Below, piece after piece: positions 33,827-39,177 of a DNA stretch of 39,177 bases. Position numbers and translations under genes: made by a program. Position 1 is the stretch's first letter. Every line of letters starts with the position of its first letter. The stretch is from an uncultured Micavibrio sp. (lineage in GTDB: Bacteria > Pseudomonadota > Alphaproteobacteria > Micavibrionales > UBA1664). Location: positions 1 through 39,177 of the forward strand of contig CALBME010000086.1 in NCBI GenBank assembly GCA_937896295.1, given 5' to 3'. The notes below the pieces were generated by a model that was not told the DNA's origin, did not search any database, and saw only the letters and a list, made by a program, of their open reading frames with translations.

Positions 33827-35425
33827 TTACTGGTTGCCGATCACCGTGATCGGATCTTCCGGCAGGATCTCCGAAGTAATCAGCATCACCGTAACTTCGC
33901 GGTCGCGGTTGGTGTTTTTGCTTCCGCCCAGGATCGGCAGGTACGGCGTACCCTGATCCGTCTTGGAATTGAGTTTCTTCTCAAAGCCCGCCAGAACCAG
34001 CGTCTCGCCCGAAGTGACGACGGCGTTCTGCAGGAAGCCGGTCGTTTCCACTTCAGGCAGCTGGATCGACGCAGCCGAGTCGCCCGAACCGGACGTAAAC
34101 GTTGCGAAAGGTTGTTGCGCATCCGTGATGGCGACTGAAAGACGCATCAGGATTTTGTTGCCCTCAACAATACGCGGCAGGATCGTCATCATAAGGCCGG
34201 TGTTGACCGTGCCGGGCTCGAGGCTGACCGAACCGCCGGTATCGCCCGAAGTCGACGAGGTGCGTTTCAGGTAGCTGATCTGGCGGCCAACCTGCAGCGG
34301 CGCGGGCTGGTCGGACAGCGTAACGATGGCGCCGGAATGGGCGACGGATGCGCGCGTGACGTTGCTGTTCGCCTTGAATTCGGCGAGCAGGCGGTCGGTG
34401 CTGACCTGGGTGGCGACCGCCGTATCTTGTGGTGCGCGGATGACGCCCAGCGCAAGGCCGGACGTGGCGCCGCCGATGCTGCGTACTGATGTCATGCCGA
34501 ACGCGCGGCGGACAATGCCGGTGACGTCTGCCGAAAGGTCGAGGTCGTTGTTCGCGGTCACCGAAATGACTTTCACGGCGATGGCCACGCGGCGCAGGCG
34601 CATGCTGTTCTGCTGGTTCAGGTAAGCTTCGACGCGGCGGACGATGTCCGGCTCGCCGGTGACGGTGATGGTGCCCGTGCTGGGTGAAAACGCGGCCTTG
34701 CCGGCGTCGCCCATGATGGTGGAAACAGCGTCCTTGATTTCATCCCAGACTTTGAGGGATGCGCTGGAGGTCACGTCAACTTCCGGCAGGTTCGATGCCG
34801 AGTCGCCCGAGCTTCCCGATTTAACCGTGCCTTTATACGATAATTCGCTGGCCAGTGCGTGCAGCATGAAGGTGCGCGTGATTTGCTGCGCGAAATCGAT
34901 GCTGGTGCCGTCATAATGCCAATCGGCGTTGAAATAATCGGCTGCCTGATTCAGCAGGTCGGAAAGACGGCCCGACCATACGACGCGTCCGCCTGCGACC
35001 TGTTCGCCGTCGGTGGGCATGAAGGTTTTTTCCGTCGTGGTGGTGGCGGCGCTGAGCGACGTGCCCGTGGCGGCTGCGCGCAGGCCGGTAACGGCCTGCA
35101 CCATGCGCATCAGTTCTTCCATCGTCACCGGACGGGCAAAGGTCATGACGATGGCGTTTTGCGTTTCAAACTGCGGTGGCAGGGCCGAGCCGTTGGTGAT
35201 CGGCACTGCCGCCGAACCGTAATAGGGGTTGGAATCGATGGTCAGGGATTGCGCGACCGGATTTTTGGGGCTGATGTCGGTCAGAGCGCGGTCGGCGCTG
35301 ACGGTCATGTCCTCGTAATTCGTATCGACGGTGCGGACTTCGGCACAGGATGTCAGGCCCAGCCCTGCCGCGAACAGAAGGGCGGGAAGGGTCTTGGCGA
35401 AACCTTTGAAGGGCGAAAGCATCAT
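33827..35425 (-). CDS. pilN: outer-membrane lipoprotein secretin (R64 PilN / BfpB type)
   Basis: Lipobox 'GLGLTSC'. C-terminal secretin motif 'TLVLAGFEKK...GTPYLPILGGSKNTNRDREVTVMLITSEIL'. Start taken at the MM (35425) preceding the signal peptide; the ORF track starts at 35515. Confidence 0.85.
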   Translation of the reverse strand: MMLSPFKGFAKTLPALLFAAGLGLTSCAEVRTVDTNYEDMTVSADRALTDISPKNPVAQSLTIDSNPYYGSAAVPITNGSALPPQFETQNAIVMTFARPVTMEELMRMVQAVTGLRAAATGTSLSAATTTTEKTFMPTDGEQVAGGRVVWSGRLSDLLNQAADYFNADWHYDGTSIDFAQQITRTFMLHALASELSYKGTVKSGSSGDSASNLPEVDVTSSASLKVWDEIKDAVSTIMGDAGKAAFSPSTGTITVTGEPDIVRRVEAYLNQQNSMRLRRVAIAVKVISVTANNDLDLSADVTGIVRRAFGMTSVRSIGGATSGLALGVIRAPQDTAVATQVSTDRLLAEFKANSNVTRASVAHSGAIVTLSDQPAPLQVGRQISYLKRTSSTSGDTGGSVSLEPGTVNTGLMMTILPRIVEGNKILMRLSVAITDAQQPFATFTSGSGDSAASIQLPEVETTGFLQNAVVTSGETLVLAGFEKKLNSKTDQGTPYLPILGGSKNTNRDREVTVMLITSEILPEDPITVIGNQ

Positions 35426-35595
35426 GGACGTGTGGCCACCGGCTGGAGATGTTTTAAGAGAAAGACGAAATCTAGCGATCCCGCCTGCGTTATGACGACT
35501 CAAATTGTACGGCAAGCAAGCGCCCGAGAGAAGCGGAATTACAAGGGCCTAGGCGGCATATGAGCGCGGCGGCAGGGAAGATTGGGTGGGAATTT

Positions 35596-35622
35596 AAAAG
35601 GGGTCCGCGAAGGACCCCTTTT
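35596..35622 (-). terminator. Rho-independent terminator-like hairpin between the pilL-like and secretin genes
   Basis: AAAAGGGGTCC-5 nt-GGACCCCTTTT, an 11-bp stem with an integrated U run. Lies 7 nt after the pilL-like stop. Confidence 0.5.
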
Positions 35623-35628
35623 AAAGCG

Positions 35629-36816
35629 TTACATGCTGTTCTGGCGGGTTTCGATCACCAGCACGGCGGGGCCGTTCGGCAGGTTGGGGTGCAGGCGGCC
35701 CATCGGGCGCGGCTTGGAATCGTACAACCCCTTCAGAAGGACCTGTACGGCCTCCTCGAACGTGCCGTTGAGGGACACGCCCGACTGGACCGGATAGTCA
35801 TATTCCGAAGCCCAGTACAGCTCGACATCGGCGCGCTTGCTCCAGTCTTCCAGGATGCTGCGCAGGGTGGAATTGCGCGGCGCGGTCCAGGTGCTGTTGG
35901 CCAGCAAATCGGGGCGGCCGGCAGCCGCCGGGGCCGCATAGGCCGGTGCGGTCATGTCGTCGATCACGGCGGGCATGGCCATCGGTGCCATGGGCGCAGG
36001 CGCGGCGGAAATCATGGCCGGGGCCGGGGTCATGGTCGTCGTGGTGTTCGTCTGGATGGTCTGCGTCGCAACCGAAGGGCCGTTCATCGACGCCATCTGC
36101 AGCCCGCCGGTGCGGCTGATCGAAATGACGTTGCCGTTGATGGTGGCCTGCATGCCCATGGGGGCAAGGGTGTTTTGCAGGACAATGTCCCACGGCGCGC
36201 CGCCCTGCCATGAAATGTGCTGCTGGACGTCGATATTCTGGTCGAACACGAAACCATAGCGCGGCGGTACGATCTGACGGATCGCCATGACCAGCGGCAG
36301 GTCGCGGCCAAAGCCTTGCGCCACTTCGTACTGGCTATTGTTCATCGGTGACAGGAGATTGCTGTATCCGTCGATGCTGCCCGATACGGGGGCCGGAGCC
36401 TGCGCCACGATCGGCTGCGGCATGCCGTTGGTCTGCGGCGCGCGGGGGACGTAAACCTCGTTATTGCGCGAACGCTGCTGTTGCTGCATCGGCGCATTCC
36501 ACGTCACGGGGTCGTTGGTCATGCCCTGGCCGTAAATGGGCGCCGCGCTTGCCGGGCCGTCCGGCATGGTGGCGATGGGCGCGCCGGCCTGGATCGGCTG
36601 GCCGCTGGCAAGGGATTCGGACATGACGGGTGTAACCGGCGCTGCTGCCGAACGCGGCGCCATTTCTGGCGGGCGGGCGTTGCTGTTGCCGGGTGCGGCT
36701 GCCGACGGCGCGGGTGCCGTCCACTGGAAACCAGCCTGCGCGCTTGCGGCGGACAATACCAAAACAGATGCGGCGATCAGAACGCTGCGCACACGACCAT
36801 TCATCGATAACCTCAT
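35629..36816 (-). CDS. PilL/TcpQ-like periplasmic pilus protein
   Basis: Signal peptide 'VLIAASVLVLSAASAQA/G'. P/A/Q-rich linkers. An STN-like domain ('DLPLVMAIRQIVP...ISWQGGAPWDIVLQNTL') and a C-terminal TcpQ-like domain ('WTAPRNSTLRSILEDWSKRADVELYW...GTFEEAVQVLL'). Start is at 36816 or 36804; the ORF track starts at 36918. Confidence 0.6.
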   Translation of the reverse strand: MRLSMNGRVRSVLIAASVLVLSAASAQAGFQWTAPAPSAAAPGNSNARPPEMAPRSAAAPVTPVMSESLASGQPIQAGAPIATMPDGPASAAPIYGQGMTNDPVTWNAPMQQQQRSRNNEVYVPRAPQTNGMPQPIVAQAPAPVSGSIDGYSNLLSPMNNSQYEVAQGFGRDLPLVMAIRQIVPPRYGFVFDQNIDVQQHISWQGGAPWDIVLQNTLAPMGMQATINGNVISISRTGGLQMASMNGPSVATQTIQTNTTTTMTPAPAMISAAPAPMAPMAMPAVIDDMTAPAYAAPAAAGRPDLLANSTWTAPRNSTLRSILEDWSKRADVELYWASEYDYPVQSGVSLNGTFEEAVQVLLKGLYDSKPRPMGRLHPNLPNGPAVLVIETRQNSM

Positions 36817-36939
36817 GACCCTCGGAAAACTGGCAGGCGGGTGCGAATCATCCGCCCCGTCTTTTCTGTGCGAAAGTTTAAGATCGCTTGCGCCAAAACA
36901 CAAGCTGTTCAAAGACATGGCGGTGGATAGAATGGACGC

Positions 36940-37521
<582 letters not shown>

Positions 37522-37529
37522 TTCTATTG

Positions 37530-37817
37530 TTAACCGAAGTCGTTGAGTCTTCGGCGCCGGTGCCAAAGCAGGCCGGGACGATTTGCGCCCAGGATCCAGG
37601 TCCGGAACGACCGTACCGACGCATCAAATGTCAGGCCCTTGCGTTCCAGAAGCCAGAACAGGATGCACATCACGATAAACAGGGTGAATGTCCACGCCCG
37701 CATATGAACCATGAAAAACATCAGGAACAGGGCGACGCGCGCATCCAGTGCAAAAAACCGTACCGGTTTCATGCTGTTGCGCCAGTGCCAGTCACTTTCT
37801 GTCTGAATTTCTGCCAT
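37530..37817 (-). CDS. icmT: IcmT/TraK-family type IVB secretion system protein
   Basis: 'DWHWRNSMKPVRFFALDARVALFLMFFMVHMRAWTF' matches the remembered IcmT signature (HWRDS..RFF..DAR). 95 aa, two TM helices. Directly downstream of a DotB-like ATPase. Confidence 0.7.
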   Translation of the reverse strand: MAEIQTESDWHWRNSMKPVRFFALDARVALFLMFFMVHMRAWTFTLFIVMCILFWLLERKGLTFDASVRSFRTWILGANRPGLLWHRRRRLNDFG

Positions 37818-37878
37818 GGCCTGATTGTACCACAGGGTTAAGGATGCTGCGACTGTCTACCGCAGGCAGACATGAGGA

Positions 37879-39039
37879 TCAGGTCGATCCGGCGGCCTGC
37901 GTCAGGGTCAGGTACCAGCGGCGCTCGATCACGCCGGTTTCGAACAGCTTGGTGGCGGACCGTGACAAGGTCTGTCCGTAGTTCGGGATCATGCGCTGGA
38001 TTTCAACCGTCCACTGGTTGTAGTCCATATCCAGAAGTTTTTCGCGCACCAGGTCGTTGAACACCATCCACTCGCGCACGCCTACGCGTCCGCCGCCGAT
38101 TTTCGGCACCAGCGCCTGCGTCACCACCATGCGTAACGTTTCCATCAGGGCATAGGCGCGCTCGGCGCGTTCATCCCCTTCAAAGGTCGAAATCATACGG
38201 CGGATGGTGGCGGCAACGCCGGTGGTGTGCGTCGTGGTGTAAACGGCGTGGCCGGTCTGACCCGCCTCGATCGCGGCGGAAATGGTTTCCTTGTCGCGCG
38301 CTTCACCCACCAGAATGATATTCGGTTTGCGGCGCAGGGCGTTGCGCACGCCGGCGGCAAAGCTTGGCAGGTGGCGCGGAATTTCCGTCTGTGCCACGAC
38401 CGAGTGCGGCGAGTGAATCGCATCATAGGTGAATTCGATCGGCGCTTCGTAGGTCAGCATCTTGCCGCAGCCGTGTTTCTTTTCCAGCAGCATGCGGCAA
38501 CCGGACGCCAGCAGCGTGGTTTTACCCGAACCCGTAGGACCGGTGATGACGACCATGCCCTGACGCTGCGCCCAGTTGTCGATGATCTCAGGCTCTATGT
38601 TCAGGTCCGACATTTTCGGCGGCTCGCTCGGAAGCGCGCGCATGGTGACCTGCGCCGCGTCTCGTCCCTTGGACAGGATGGCGGTGATGTTCACGCGGAA
38701 ACGGTGACGCTTGTACCTGTCGGGGCGGATTTCGTACGACACGTCCAGATCGTCGCCACCCGCGAGGCGTGCCTGCGCCTCGGGCCCGTAAATTTTCGCA
38801 AGCACGATCGCCATGTCGGCGGCATCCATCGGGCGGAACGTACCGGGATAAAGCTTGCCGTGAATTTCGTTATAAACCGGGCGGTCGGTTTGCCATGTGA
38901 TATCCGACGACCCCTGATGCACGCACCACAGAAGGAACGGATCGATATGCTCTTCCGTAAAGCGCGTTGGTTCGTCCGGCCATGTCTGCCCGGCGCCGCC
39001 CGTTCCTTTCAGAAGGCTTATCGGCTTGCGGGTTGCCAT
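37879..39039 (-). CDS. PilT/DotB-family hexameric secretion ATPase (DotB/TraJ-like)
   Basis: Walker A 'GPTGSGKTT', 'YEAPIE' Asp box, 'IILVGEARD' Walker B and 'TGHAVYTTTHT' His box. The ATG at 39039 with a GAGG Shine-Dalgarno is preferred over the TTG at 39135. Confidence 0.85.
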   Translation of the reverse strand: MATRKPISLLKGTGGAGQTWPDEPTRFTEEHIDPFLLWCVHQGSSDITWQTDRPVYNEIHGKLYPGTFRPMDAADMAIVLAKIYGPEAQARLAGGDDLDVSYEIRPDRYKRHRFRVNITAILSKGRDAAQVTMRALPSEPPKMSDLNIEPEIIDNWAQRQGMVVITGPTGSGKTTLLASGCRMLLEKKHGCGKMLTYEAPIEFTYDAIHSPHSVVAQTEIPRHLPSFAAGVRNALRRKPNIILVGEARDKETISAAIEAGQTGHAVYTTTHTTGVAATIRRMISTFEGDERAERAYALMETLRMVVTQALVPKIGGGRVGVREWMVFNDLVREKLLDMDYNQWTVEIQRMIPNYGQTLSRSATKLFETGVIERRWYLTLTQAAGST

Positions 39040-39177
39040 TCGTACGGCCTCGGCTGGAGTTGGGACGGACCCGTGATCTGCAACGCACGGTCGCCCACGC
39101 GCATTTCCTTGCCGCCGCCGGTGACGCCGCCGCAAGGCAGGCCCTCGCGGAACGCCTGCGCCGCGATACCGCCGGCA
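39018..39177 (-). CDS. 3' end of an upstream gene truncated by the window edge (unknown; position expected for DotC/TraI)
   Basis: This frame has strongly G/C-biased third positions ('...AGGIAAQAFREGLPCGGVTGGGKEMRVGDRALQITG...'). It ends at a TAA at 39018-39020, overlapping the ATPase start by 22 nt. Confidence 0.45.
   Translation of the reverse strand, partial: AGGIAAQAFREGLPCGGVTGGGKEMRVGDRALQITGPSQLQPRPYEWQPASR

Overview
This is a GC-rich, densely coding chromosomal segment. The left third has a gene order typical of Alphaproteobacteria: ppsR-like regulatory kinase, aroE, coaE, a GATase, dnaQ, convergent secB, a Tim44-like gene, HIT, an M29 aminopeptidase and a GNAT. The middle holds orphan genes. 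These include a tandem paralog pair (593-2872) and a divergent pair (10405-13645) made of a CoiA-like zinc-finger protein and a 658-aa protein that reads as about five tandem HicA/YcfA-like modules. The middle also carries Smr, a two-gene operon of unknown function, a PhoH-like ATPase, an SCO copper chaperone, a 444-aa secreted protein, and flgK-flgL behind a sigma-54-type promoter. The right half (21.8-36.8 kb, minus strand) is a type IVb pilus locus in the IncI/R64 gene order. It has a pilL-like gene, a lipoprotein secretin, a pilO-like gene split by an apparent frameshift, pilP, a GspE-type ATPase, a GspF-type platform, and a major pilin followed by a terminator or attenuator. After these come three translationally coupled giant (501-602 aa) PilV-like pilins and a second PilP-domain protein. 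No prepilin peptidase, lytic transglycosylase or shufflon recombinase is present in the window. Beyond an interposed TMEM175-type channel gene lie an IcmT/TraK-like gene, a DotB/TraJ-like ATPase and a 5'-truncated upstream gene. This is probably the edge of a type IVB (Dot/Icm, IncI-like) secretion locus. I recognised no rRNA, tRNA, CRISPR array, transposase or integrase. All family assignments rest on motifs read by eye and on remembered family signatures. None has been confirmed by a search.
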